From Anaeromyxobacter sp. (GTDB lineage: Bacteria; Myxococcota; Myxococcia; Myxococcales; Anaeromyxobacteraceae): a stretch of 64,000 bases of DNA. Below are positions 20,459-31,167 of this stretch, piece after piece. Position 1 is the stretch's first letter. Each line of letters starts with the position of its first letter. The notes under the pieces are model-generated. The model was given only the letters and a program-made list of their open reading frames with translations, searched no databases and was not told the DNA's origin. The translations under genes were made by a program, and so were the position numbers. Location of the stretch: the NCBI GenBank assembly GCA_049840735.1, contig JASGJN010000025.1, positions 97,793 through 161,792 of the forward strand, read 5' to 3'.

Positions 20459-20489
20459 TGAAACCGGCGGCCCCGGTCGGCCGGTCCAA
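20459..20489 (+). promoter_or_regulatory. Putative ECF autoregulatory promoter
   Basis: TGAAACC-N17-GGTCCAA immediately upstream of the sigma gene. Confidence 0.7.
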
Positions 20490-20496
20490 CGCGGAG

Positions 20497-21105
20497 ATGC
20501 TCTCCCTGGTGACGTCCCCTCCCGCCCACGAGCCGCAGCCCAGGCGCGCCGCAGCTGCGTCCACGGGCGAGGAGCGGGCGCTGCTGGAGCGCGCCCGGCG
20601 CGGAGACGCGGCGGCCTTCGGGGCGCTGGCGGCGCGACACCAGGACCGGGCCTACGCGGTGGCCCTGCGCATCACCCGCAGCCCGGCCGAGGCAGCCGAG
20701 GCCACGCAGGAGGCGCTGGTACGGGCCTGGCGGGCCCTGCCCGGCTTCCGCGGCGAGGCCAGCTTCGGCACCTGGCTGCAGCGCGTGGTGGCGCGCCGGG
20801 CGCTGGACCGGGCCGAGGCGCTGCAGTCGCGCCGCCGGCGCGAGGTGGCGCCGGAGGCTGCGCTCGAGGAGCCGGCCGCGCCGGCCGCCGAGGGCGATCC
20901 GCTGGCGGCGCGGCAGGTGGAGCGGCTGCTCGAGCGGCTCACGCCGGCGCAGCGCGCCGCGGTCACGCTCTACTACCTGGAGGAGCAGCCGGTGGAAGCG
21001 GTGGCCGCCGCGCTCGGGCTGCCCGCCAACACCGTGAAGACCCACCTGCACCGGGCGCGCGCGGCGCTCCGGCAGGCCTGGGCGGAGCAAGGAGGCGAGC
21101 CATGA
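20497..21105 (+). CDS. ECF RNA polymerase sigma-70 factor
   Basis: Region 2 (EATQEALVRAW…FGTWL) and region 4 (NTVKTHLHRAR); start placed downstream of the promoter motif. Confidence 0.93.
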   Translation: MLSLVTSPPAHEPQPRRAAAASTGEERALLERARRGDAAAFGALAARHQDRAYAVALRITRSPAEAAEATQEALVRAWRALPGFRGEASFGTWLQRVVARRALDRAEALQSRRRREVAPEAALEEPAAPAAEGDPLAARQVERLLERLTPAQRAAVTLYYLEEQPVEAVAAALGLPANTVKTHLHRARAALRQAWAEQGGEP

Positions 21106-21599
21106 CGTCCTGCGAGGCGCTGCGGCGCTGGATCGACGAGGGTCGGCCGGCCGGCGACGCCGGTGCGCTGCTGGCGCACGCCGCCGGGTGCCCGGGCTGC
21201 GCGGCCGAGCTGGCCGCGGCCGACGCGCTGGAGGCGGCGCTGCGGGCGCCACCTCCCGCGCGCGCCCCGGCGTGGATCCTGCCGGCGGTGATGGCGGAGG
21301 TGTCGCGCGCGCAGGCCCGGTCGCGGGCCCGCCGCCGCCGACGCGCGGCCTCGCCCGGCGCGCTGGTGGCCTGGTCGGCGGTGGCGCTGGCCGTAGGGGG
21401 GGCCGGCTGGGCGGCCGCCGCGCTGGGCGGACCGGCGCTTCCGCCGCTGCCTTCGATCCCGGCGCTGCAGCCGGAAGCGCTCCAGGGGCCCGCCGTGGCT
21501 GCCGCGCTGGCCACCGTCTCGCTGACGGCCTCTGCCGGCCTGACCTGGCTGGCCCTGTGGCTGACGCGAGCGGTGGAGGCGGCGGCGCTGCGGAGGTGA
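21102..21599 (+). CDS. Zinc-finger anti-sigma factor
   Basis: HAAGCPGC (HxxxCxxC) plus TM helices; ATGA overlap with the sigma gene. Confidence 0.85.
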   Translation: MTSCEALRRWIDEGRPAGDAGALLAHAAGCPGCAAELAAADALEAALRAPPPARAPAWILPAVMAEVSRAQARSRARRRRRAASPGALVAWSAVALAVGGAGWAAAALGGPALPPLPSIPALQPEALQGPAVAAALATVSLTASAGLTWLALWLTRAVEAAALRR

Positions 21600-21687
21600 G
21601 GCACGGGGGATGCTCTCGGCCGCAGCGGGAGCGCGCGGCCACGGTCTGGTGGCCGCCTGTATCGACTAGCTGGGGGGCAAGGGGGAA

Positions 21688-21714
21688 AGGGTTCGAATCC
21701 CTTTTCCCGCTCCA
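21688..21714 (+). tRNA. 3' fragment of tRNA-Gly (T-arm, acceptor 3' strand, CCA); probable att core
   Basis: AGGGTTCGAATCCCTTTTCCCGCTCCA resembles the 3' end of tRNA-Gly; no canonical D or anticodon arm upstream. Confidence 0.75.
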
Positions 21715-21718
21715 TCTT

Positions 21719-21758
21719 GCCCCCGGTTTCCTCCTTGGAGACCGGGGGCTTTTCGTTT
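21719..21758 (+). terminator. Rho-independent terminator
   Basis: GCCCCCGGTTTCC/GGAGACCGGGGGC stem followed by TTTTCGTTT. Confidence 0.8.
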
Positions 21759-21771
21759 CGGGGCCCTTCCA

Positions 21772-21803
21772 CCGTAACCCCGACCGTAACCTCCGCCGTA
21801 ACC
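21772..21803 (+). repeat. Three CCGTAACC direct repeats at a 12-bp period (candidate integrase arm sites)
   Basis: Copies at 21772, 21784 and 21796, beside the att-like core. Confidence 0.6.
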
Positions 21804-22050
21804 TCGGCGGCGGTGGTCGCCTCCACGGCGCCCGCCCAGGCCGCCGGGTCGATGGCCAGGACGGCCTCGCACATCCCCGGCCACTGCATCTCGAGGCGCG
21901 TGTAGAAGTCCGACGCCCGCTTCGGCTTGGGGTGGGTGATCAGGTTCAAGTGGGTAAGCGCTGCACGAACCCCGTCTGGCGGCGGGCGGGCCGGGGAGGC
22001 AGGCTGGGCGCGTGGACTGGAACCACGCGCGAGCGCCAGGAGCGGCCCGG

Positions 22051-23800
22051 TCAGCCCGGCGACACCTGCTCACCCGCCACCGGGAGCGGCGGCGGGACGG
22101 TGAGCGTGCCGATCTCGTTGGCGAGCTCGGCGGGGTCGAGGCGCGCGCGGGTCTGGGCCCAGTACCTGGGTGCGAGCTCGAGGTAGCGGTCGCGCGGCCA
22201 GTGCGCGAGGACGCGGAAGAGGTCGCGCAGGTAGGCCTCGGGGTCGAGCCGGTGCAGCCGGGCCGAGGCGACGAGGGACAGGATGTGGCCGGCGGCCTCG
22301 CCGTGGTCGTGGCTGCCGACGAAGAGCCAGCTCTTCCTGGCCGACGGCGACCCTGCGCAGCTCGCGCTCCGAGCGGTTGTTCCTCGAGTTGGAGCCGCCC
22401 GTCCTCGAGCACGCGCGATGAGCGCGTCCTTTCTGCCGGACGGCGTAGCCGAGCGCCGAGTCGGAACGAGCCCGCGCTGATCCGCGGACGCGCTCGTACT
22501 CCGCCTCGGCCCAGGCGAAGAAGTCGACCAGGTGCACGCGCAGGTGCTGACTACGCTGGCGCAGGATGGTCTCGGGCGGATCATTTCGCCAGAAGTCATC
22601 GAGCGCGAACACGTACCCCGATGCGCGCCAATCCCTCGCGGGCGACCTCGCTCTTCGTGCAGGTCGCCTCCCAGAACTTGCGTCGCGCGTGGGACACAGC
22701 AGCCGACCTCGACGCGGGTGGTCCTGACCACCCTCGCCGTCCCTCGGGCGGCTTGTCCGGCTCGCGGAAGAGCACGTCGTAGACGCTCTTGGCGTCTGCC
22801 TGGATGTAGCCGGAGTACCCCTCGAACATCTCGAGCAGCGTCGCGCTGGTCTCCTTGCGCGCGTACTCGAAGAAGACGTGATCGCGGTCGGCGATTTGGA
22901 CGAAGTAGTGGCCCCGGTGGCAGGGCTGGGTGCTTGCCGTCCTCGCGCGGCTCCGGCTGGACCGGGATCCCGGGTCGCGGTCGGTGGCGATGCAGAAGGC
23001 GGTGCGCCACGCCTCGTCGCGCGCGGCCTCGATCACCGTCGCGCCAAGCGGTCGCCCCCGCGTCCTCGACCCACCGGCTCATCGTCCCGCGGTCGAGGTG
23101 GAAGCCCTCCCGGGCGAGCCGGTTCTCGATGCGGTGGAGGGGGAGCCCGTCGCAGAACTTGTCGGTGAGGAATGTGCGCCAGGAGCGATGGCGCCGCCAG
23201 CGAGCGCGGGAAGCACTCGGGCGGCATCGGCGTCGTCTCGATCATCGAGTCGCCGTTCCGCGTCGACCACCCGGTACTTCGCCCGGGCGTGCTCGAGCAC
23301 GCGCGCGCCGCCGCGCTGCCAGGGGGCCACCTTTCGGCTCTCCTCGAACCCGAACCGCTCGGCCTTCCCCTCCGCGACGAGCTTCTCGAAGGATGGGGGT
23401 CGAACTGGCTCGACCCGCACCACCGGGAGCTTGAGCGTTGCGCAGGTCCCGGCGGCCGGTTGGCTTGCGCTTCTCCTTCGGCTCGGCGCCGTCCTCGCCG
23501 CCTGCCTTCGGCGGCAAGCCACCCCCGAGCCGGTTCAGCTCGGCCAGCTTCGCGGCGAACTCCAATCTCGAGCTGCGCGTCGTGTCCACCCGCTCGGCCT
23601 TGGCCACGAAGATGCGGCGCTTCCCAAGCAGCTCCAGCTCGAACCGCAGCCGCTCGTGCGAGGCGCGGAGCAGATCACGCTCCTGCGTCAACCTTCGCCA
23701 GCTCCGCCTCGGTGGCGGCCAGGGGCGGCATCGCGGGCAGCGAGCGCCGCCTCGAGCTCCTTGATCCGATCCTCCACCGTCGTCGCCGCCATCGCGACCA
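22051..23800 (-). pseudogene. tnpC: IS66 transposase TnpC (multiple frameshifts)
   Basis: Fragments GYSGYIQADA, HARRKF, NNRSERELR, KSWLFVGS and LDPEAYLRDL lie in different frames. Confidence 0.85.
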
Positions 23801-23819
23801 CGGTTGTAGTCACGCCGCG

Positions 23820-24185
23820 CGATCTGTCAATGGGTGCGGACCACCGCGACCTTCGCTTTCTTCTCCTGCACGTCGATCCCCGTCGAGCAGGTCGTCCAGC
23901 GCCCGCTCGTCTGATGGCGATGCTCGTCGGCACCCTCCGGCGCGTCCGGCAGCCTGAATGTGCCGCGGTCCAGAGGCGCTTGTAGAAGAGGCACATCCCC
24001 CGTCCCATCGCAGAAGGAGGACCTTCATCGCGTCACGCCGCTTCCCGAAGAAGACGAAGAGCGCGCCGCCACCGGGCCTCCCGTGCCGGATCCGCTCCGT
24101 CACGATGCCGGCGAGCCGGTCGAAGCTCCACCGCAGGTCGATCCGGGTCGAGCCCCACGAACACATCCACGCCGTGCGGGATCAT
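23820..24185 (-). pseudogene. tnpB: IS66 accessory protein TnpB (frameshifted)
   Basis: IDLRWSFDRLAG, LFVFFGKRRDAMKVL and GMCLFYKRL fragments. Confidence 0.85.
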
Positions 24186-24506
24186 CGGGTGCCCTCCGCG
24201 CGCGCGGCCAGCGTCTCGAGCACGGCGGCGAAGGTCGCCCGGTCGAACCCCGGACGAACCACGATGCGCGCCATGCCGACCTCGACCACCAGGTCCGGGG
24301 CCCGCGGGCGCGCCCGGGACTGCCGGCAGGCGCACCACCTTCGCCACGCGGATCCGCGCCGGCGACTTGCCGCCGTGCCTCAGCCGATGCGACCAGTGCC
24401 GCAGGCCGCCCGCCGTGAACCCCTTGCCCTCGCAGAACCGGGGGGAGCTGAGCCCGCTCGCCCTCCACTCTGCCACCCGCTTCGCCCAGATCTCCCGACT
24501 CGACAT
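24182..24506 (-). CDS. tnpA: IS66 accessory protein TnpA (frameshifted)
   Basis: WAKRVAEWRASGLS…FC…LRHW helix-turn-helix. Confidence 0.8.
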
Positions 24507-24565
24507 GCCGGCCAGTGTGCGGTGGGCCGCCCCGCGCCGCTAACCGGGGTCCGTGCAGCGGTTAC

Positions 24566-24954
24566 GATGTGGATGTCGCGGCCGCGCACGCCCGGTTCGC
24601 TGGGACGGACCGTGCCGAGGCGGCGCGGCGCGGGGCCCGCGCGCTCTCGCCGAGCCGCAGCCGTCTCAACATCTCGCGAACGTCGAGCACGTCGCATCTC
24701 CTCTCTGCCATCCACACCCTCCGGGCAAAAGGCCCGGAGTGGCACGCGCCCTCGGCGGCCACAAGGCGCACGTCGGCCCCTCCGCGCGCCTCCCGGCGGC
24801 GGCCGTGTCGTCGTGCTGTGGGGAGCTGCGGGGTGGATCAGTTACCCCGCTCCTGGGTGGATCAGTATGGGTGATCACGGGTGGATCACCATGCCCGCCC
24901 CTGGGTGGATCAGCTTGGTCGCTCCTGGTGGATCACCTACCGCGCCCACCGACA
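24566..24954 (-). mobile_element. IS21-family left-end remnant with truncated IstA N-terminus
   Basis: Minus strand begins TGTCGG at 24954; five GGTGGATCA repeats; ORF MAERRCDVLDVREMLRRLRLGESAR is cut by IS66. Confidence 0.75.
24832..24935 (+). repeat. Five GGTGGATCA repeats spaced 24, 24, 24 and 23 bp
   Basis: Copies at 24832, 24856, 24880, 24904 and 24927. Confidence 0.9.
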
Positions 24955-25107
24955 GGCGGCGTCCAGGAGACGTGGAGGGCGCTTGGATAGGCACCAAGAA
25001 CGACAACCGCTTCACGGTGCCCAGGAGGCGCGAGCGTGTCGGTGCTGGCGCGACAGGCGAGAGTACGAGGAACACTGCCAGCGACACTGGCGGCGTTCGC
25101 GGTCACG

Positions 25108-26728
25108 TCACCGACCCTCCTCGTCCTTCCCCACGAGGAACGGCCCGCGGCGCTCCTCCTCGAGTTCGGCTCGCTTGGCTTCGGCCTCGGCTCGCGTAGC
25201 GAAGCTACCCACCCACACCCGGTACCAACGACCCTTGCCCGGGACGTCCGCTGCTACCACGCGCCCGTCCAAGCCATGGGCCGTCATCTGGGCCTCCTCC
25301 TCATTCTGATAGGCGCCGACCTGAACGTGGAACGAGGGGCCCTGCGAGACGTGCTCCGGGGACGGTGGTGCGACCGCCGATGGGACGGTAGGTGAGGGTG
25401 GAGGGTCCTGGGGTGCAACGGGCGCAGGCTCTGGACTCGGATCTGCTTGAGCTGTCGGAGGCGTCGCCGAAGACGCCGCCGGCTCGGCCAAGGGCGGTGG
25501 GGCAGCGGGTGGAGGAGTCCAGTCCGGTCCAATCGGATCCTCGACCTTGAACGTCGGATCCGGCTTGAGGTCCATCTTGATGATGATCGGGCTTCGCCGT
25601 GGGAGAAGTTGGACCAGTCCCGTGTCGAGGACGAACTGCTCGACAGTCACCCCACCGGGGATGAAGAAGGGTAACCCGACCTCGATGTCCTTGCCGGGCG
25701 GGATGTCCGTCGACCACAGGTCCGAGGACTCAATCTTGCCACCTGACGCGGGCACGATGACGGCGTTCCTGGACCAAAAGTGGAAGTCATCAGCCCAGGA
25801 AGGGTTCCTGATGTTCACTCTGAGGACAAGTTCGGTCCCATCGTCCCGTGGCTTCGCCGTGTACTCGACAATCCTGATGATCATTCCCGGCCCTGCGAAA
25901 GTGCCGGGCAGGTTCGGCCGAAGGCCGATGGATTCCGCGCTCTGCTTGATGGTCCGGAAGACGGTTTCCTTGCTTCCCAGCGTCTCGGCGTGCTCCTCCC
26001 ACCTCACCATGCTGTCGAAGTCGCCGCGCAGGTACGCGGCTTTTGCCATGTGTAGCGACAACGAGCGTGAGGCAAGAACCCTGGCGCGGTGCCTCGTGTA
26101 GAGAGCCTTCAGCTGGTCGGTGTCGTCACTGCGCGCGAACCCCACCGCGGTCTCGCCAAGAACGATCTCCGGAGGCCGCTCGCCGAAGAGTTCGATGGCT
26201 TTCAGGCGGCGGTCGTTGGCCTCGGCAGGATCGCCGGCCTGCTCCTCGGCCTCAGCAAGCCCGTAAAGTACCCAGGCGTTCTTGTCGAACCTCTTGGCCG
26301 CCTCATCTAGTTCCTCCAGCTTCTTCTCGCCGTCAGGCAGTGCGCGGAGGGCGAGATACTCGAGGTCCCCGTCATCTGGGTGGGCAGCGGACAGCTCGCG
26401 ATAGATGTCGCCGACTCGAGTGCGGTCGTTCCTCACGCGAGCGTCCTGCCAGTCCCGGTGCCACTCAACATCCTTGTGCACCGAGACCCAGAACTTCGTC
26501 TCGGGCACACGTGCGTAGACGAGCCACCCCAGTCCACCGAGAGCTGCCGCAACGAGCACCACCGCCGCAGCCAGTACGAGCTTCTTCCGCTGCTCGGGTG
26601 AGAGCGACGGCAGCCGCTTCCGGTGAGGAAGGTCCAGGCGCTCGCCGCAGTGCTTGCACTTGATCGCCACGGCGAGGATCTTCCTCACCGCACATCGGGC
26701 ACTTCTTCAACGCCTCGTGCGCTTCCAT
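25108..26728 (-). CDS. Zinc-ribbon/TM/TPR-like/SPOR-domain membrane protein (frameshift near 26690)
   Basis: KKCPMCGEE…KCKHCGE ribbon, one TM helix, a helical region, a Pro-rich linker and a SPOR domain (FHVQVGAY…WYRVWVGSFATRAEA). Confidence 0.8.
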
Positions 26729-26810
26729 TCGTGTCCCTCCCCGCGGAGCGGTGTGGGCATGGCACGCGGCGCCCGGGTTGGCGCTGGCGGAGCTGCTCCA
26801 CGAGAACCGC

Positions 26811-27781
26811 TCACGGCAGGTCCAGCGTGCACCCGCCTTCACCATACGTGTGCAGCTCGCCCGTGCCCGGGTAGCGCCAGCTGGTGCCGCCCGCGTCCAC
26901 CAGCTCGACGTGGTAGCTGCGGCAGCCCGAGGCGCGCGCGGAATCGACGGCGCGCGTCCCCTGCGCCGCGCTGCCAAGCGCCACCGACATGGCCTGGGCC
27001 GCGCCGTCCAGCACCAGCGTCACCGACTGCGGCGCGGCGGCGGCGGAGACGTTGGCCAGGAAGCGGATGGTGCTGCCGGTCCGGAGCAGGTGGCTGGCGT
27101 CGAGGAGCGGCGAGGTCTCGGCGGAGGCGCCGCCGCCGAAGTCCTGGGTCCAGTACTGGCCGTAGGGGCTGCCCGAGACCTGGGCCCAGCCCACGCCCAG
27201 CTCGCGGTAGCCGCCGGCCATGAGGTTGCGGCGGTGGCCGTCGCAGCTGGCGCCGTCGGCGCAGCAGCTGCCGCCGCTGGCGTCGCAGATCCAGCCCAGC
27301 ATCACCGCCTCGGGGTCGCCGTAGCCGGCCGCGATGTTCTCGCCGATGGTGCCGTTGCTGTACGTGGCGTGGATGCGGGTGGCCCAGCCGGTCCCGTCGC
27401 AGGAGTCGTGGGAGAAGCAGGGCGTGCTGGCCATGTCCTGCGAGTGCGCCTCGGCCGAGGTGCCCAGGCCGGCGTTCAGCGCAGCGGCGTCATACCGTCC
27501 GCGTAGCCGTCCATCATGCCCGTGCCCAGGCTCCCGCCCGACCAGCGGGCCTTCCAGTGCGCGGGCGACATCCGCACCGCGTCGGTGAGCGCCAGCACCG
27601 AGCGCTCGGGCCAGGCCGGCACGGTGGCCGGATCCCGCCGCCGGTGCCACCCCCGCCACCCCACCGCCCCGCCACCTCCGCCACCGGCGCCGCCAGCGGT
27701 GGCCAGGTCGGAGGTGGCCGGGCCGCAGGCGGCGACGAGGAGGACCGTCAGGAGCGGGGCGAGGCGGCGAGCGGAGATCAC
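26811..27781 (-). CDS. CAP/SCP-domain lipoprotein (frameshift near 27500)
   Basis: Lipobox VAAC; AEAHSQDMA, GENIAAG, GHRRNLM and YWTQDFG motifs. Confidence 0.85.
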
Positions 27782-27909
27782 TCGCCGATGAGAGCGCACC
27801 AGCGGGCGCCGGCGCAACTCACTTCGGCGGCGTGGTGGCGGAGGAGGGTGGGCGCAGGTGCTCCCGCGGGGGCCAGCGCGGCCAGCAGCCGCTTCCCCTC
27901 GACCACACG

Positions 27910-27945
27910 CGGATTGTCCGCCTCACCGACAGGCCTTCCGGCGTT
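27910..27945. other. Probable contig/read junction
   Basis: Abrupt drop in GC and rise in frameshift density; an apparent minus-strand gene tail at ~27820-27905 has no upstream portion. Confidence 0.7.
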
Positions 27946-29403
27946 TCATGCTCGTTCCTGAGTCCAGAATTCTCCGACGGTGTGGATGACGATGTTGTTC
28001 ATCGTGCCGGGCGTGGACATGGAGAGCCCGGAGACGATCACGATCCGTTCGCCGGCCCCCGCCATTTTGCGTGTTTGGACGAATTGGTCCACACAGTGCG
28101 ATCAATTTGGTGGCGCTGGTAGGCGCGGGCATCTCCTGCGGAATGACACCGTAATGGAGGGTCATTCGGCGGAGGGCCGAGGGGGTCGCTGGACAAGGGC
28201 GAGGATCGGCACGGTCATGCGGTTCTTGGAGAAGAGCCGCGCGGTCGCCCGGTCTGGCACCAGACGACGACGAGCTTGAGTTTCATGTCGTTGACGACCT
28301 GCCATACGCCGCGGGCCATGGCGGCGGACAGTTGCAGGGTCTTGAGCTTGAAGTTGGGCTCGGCTCGGGGGGATGGTGTCGAGGTAGTTCTCGGTGATCT
28401 CGGCGATGTCGGGTAATCATCGCGACGGTGGTTCGGGAATTTGCCGACGGAGGTCTCGCCGGAGAGCATGACGGCGTCGGTGCCGTCGAAGATGGCGTTG
28501 GCGACGTCGGAGGCTTCGGCGCGGGTGGGCGGAGGAGATCTCGATCATGCTCTGAGCATCTGGGTGGCGACGATGACCGGTTGCCGGCGGCCTGGCAGCG
28601 GCGGACCGGTTCCCTTCTGGATGATCGGGTCTTGGGCGACATCCATCTCGACGCCCAAATCGCCGCGGGCGACCATGAGCCCATCGGCCGCGTCGATGAT
28701 CGGGTCGATCATGCGGACCGCCTCGGGCATTTCGATCTTGGCGATGAGGTGGATGTCGGAAACCTTGTTGATGAAATGCTGGCGGAGGAGGGAGAGGTCT
28801 TCGGCGGAGCGGACGAACGAGAGCGCCACGTAATCGAGGTCGGTTTTCGATCGCCCAGTCGACGTCGCGCCAGTCTTTGTCGGTGATCGCGGGAGTGTTG
28901 AGGGCGGAATCGGGGAGGTTGATCCCCTTTGAGGACTTGAGCATGCCGCCGTCGGTGCACTTGAGGATCAGCTGGTTGTAGTTCTTGTCGATGCAGAGGA
29001 AACGGAGGAGGCCGTCTTCGATCAGCACGCGGTTGCCGATCTGGACGTCGTCGATGATCTGGGGAAAGATGGAGGAGACAACGCCGTTTTCACCTTCGAT
29101 CCTCGCGACACTGCATGATGAGCTGGTCGCCCAGCGTGATCGGCATGCCGCCGGCCCCGTCGAGGTCTTTGATTTTGCCGAGGCGGATCTTGGGGCCGCA
29201 CAGGTCGCCGAGGATGGCAACCGGCTGGTCGTGTTTGGCGGCGGCCTCGCGGATTTGCGGGTGAGCATGGCGAGATGCTCGTCCAAGGAGCCGTGGGAGA
29301 AGTTGAGACGACAAACATCGACCCCCTCGCGGAAAAGGGCCACGAGCGTCTCGACCGTGGCGACAGCCGGGCCGATCGTGGCGACGATTTTGGTACGGAT
29401 CAT
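27946..29403 (-). CDS. pyk: Pyruvate kinase (several frameshifts)
   Basis: [41 protein letters not shown] and MLSGET motifs; ends [12 protein letters not shown]. Confidence 0.95.
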
Positions 29404-29646
29404 GAATTAAAGGTCACTTAAGCGACAAACCATCCGTGATGGAGCATGTGCACAGACGTCGGTTCAACAGATTGTGATAGCGGATGGGGGGATTGGAAGC
29501 AAGCGATGTGAACGCGTTGACGGCGGTTGGACGCCGGGACGTCTGTGGCAATGGCGAAAGGGCCCACAACGCCAGGGCGGCAGGCAATCGAGGCGGGCTG
29601 GGCATTTGTTTTGAAATTCATTCTGGTTTGTCGTACTTTAAGGGCA

Positions 29647-30181
29647 ATGCGCACGCAGTACGACGCCGACGACGTAGAACGAGTGATTTCCGCCCTGGTG
29701 GAGAAGATCGCCCGTGCCTTCAAACCGGATCAGCCGCTGGGGATCATCGGCGTGCTGACGCACGGCGAGGTGCTGGCCGAGAGGTTGAGTTCGATGCTGC
29801 AGAGCAGGGGGTTTGGCCAGATTCAGGCGTGCTGGAATCGTAGTTGTTGTACGGGACAATCTTCGGGAGATCAGCGAGGCGATCGTTCGGCCGACGGATG
29901 TCGGGTTTGACCTTGAAGGGGTGCCGATCCTGCTGGTGGACGACGTGCTGTTCACCGGGCGATCGATCCGGGCGGCATGGCGCTGGGGGATTTTGGCCGG
30001 CCGGCCGCGATTCGACTGCTGGTGCTGGTCGATCGAGGCGGGCGCGAGTTGCCGATCCAGGCGGATTACGCCGGGTTGGCGTTGACGGACATATCGGCGG
30101 ATTACCGGGTGAACGTCAGGTTGAAGGAAGTCGACGGCGTCGACGAAATCGTCGTTGAACCGCGTCGATCATTTCGATTGA
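29647..30181 (+). CDS. pyrR: Pyrimidine regulatory protein/UPRTase (frameshifted)
   Basis: LLVDDVLFTGRSIRAA and LVDRGGRELPIQADY motifs; upstream of pyrB. Confidence 0.9.
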
Positions 30182-30213
30182 GCTGTCCAGAAACCAGGCA
30201 AACCAAAGGTCTC

Positions 30214-31167
30214 ATGCCCACCTCCCACAAACCGCACTGGACCCGCAAGCATCTCCTGGGCCTTGAAGAGCTCACCAGCGAGGAACTGCGAACGCTGCTG
30301 GACACGGCCGATTCGTTCAAGGGAGGTCGAAGCGGTCGGTGAAAAAGGTGCCGGCCCTGCGAGGCAGGGTGGTGGTGAACGCGTTTTTGAGGATTCAACC
30401 CGCACGCGGACGAGTTTTGCGCTGGCGGCGCAGCGGCTAGGCGCGGACGTGATCGATTTTTCAGAGAAGACAAGTTCGACAAGCAAGGGCGAGACGCTGG
30501 TCGACACCGCGCCGAACATCGAGGCGATGGGGATCGACGTGATGGTGGTTCGGCACCAGGCGGCCGGGGCAGCGGCGCTGCTGTACGCACAGCCTCAAGT
30601 GCAGCGTGGTGAACGCCGGCAACAGCGCACCACGAACACCCGACGCAGGGCCTGCTGGACGCTTACACGATGCGGGAGCGATTCGGGCGGATCGAAGGGC
30701 TGAAGGTGGCGGTGGTGGGGGACATTTCGAACTCGCACGTGGCGAGGTCGAACCTCTGGGCGCTGACGAAGCTTGGAGCGGAGGTGATCTTCGTCGGCCC
30801 GCCGACGCTGTGCCCCAAGACCTTCGAAAAGCTAGGCGCGAAGGTGGTGCATGACTTTGATTCGGTGATCGGGCAGGTTGACGTGATCAACATGCTGCGG
30901 GTTCAGTTCGAGCGGATCAAGTCGAGCCAGTTTCCGTCGGTGCGGGAGTTCACGCGGCTGTTCGGGCTGACGTGGGAGCGGTTCCAGCGGTGCAAGAAGG
31001 ATGTGTTTGTGATGCATCCCGGGCCGATGAACCGGGGAATCGAGATCCAGTCGGAAATCGCCGACGGGGCGCAGTCGGGGATTTTGACGCAGGTGGCCAA
31101 CGGGCTGGCGGTGCGGATGGCGGTGTTATACCTCGTCACGCATGCCGAAGGGCGCGATGCGGGCTGA
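30214..31167 (+). CDS. pyrB: Aspartate carbamoyltransferase (frameshifted)
   Basis: [35 protein letters not shown] and QVANG motifs. Confidence 0.95.

Larger units (their letters stand above)
21690..21953 (-). pseudogene. C-terminal remnant of a tyrosine recombinase/integrase
   Basis: 'LITH…ASDFYT…WPGMCEAV' resembles the His…Tyr tail of myxobacterial integrases; reads antisense into the tRNA fragment (MEREKGFEP); cut by IS66 at 21954. Confidence 0.6.
21954..24565 (-). mobile_element. IS66-family insertion sequence
   Basis: Terminal inverted repeats GTAAGCGCTGCACGAACCCCG / GTAACCGCTGCACGGACCCCG (19/21 match); tnpA-tnpB-tnpC order. Confidence 0.93.

Noticed and set aside
24832..24935. CRISPR array
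   Set aside because: The repeat core is only 9 bp with ~15-bp gaps, there are no cas genes, and the position fits an IS21 end.
29977..30342. pyrR-pyrB fusion
   Set aside because: The segment is dense with indels and pyrB has its own ATG at 30214, so this is probably a sequencing error.
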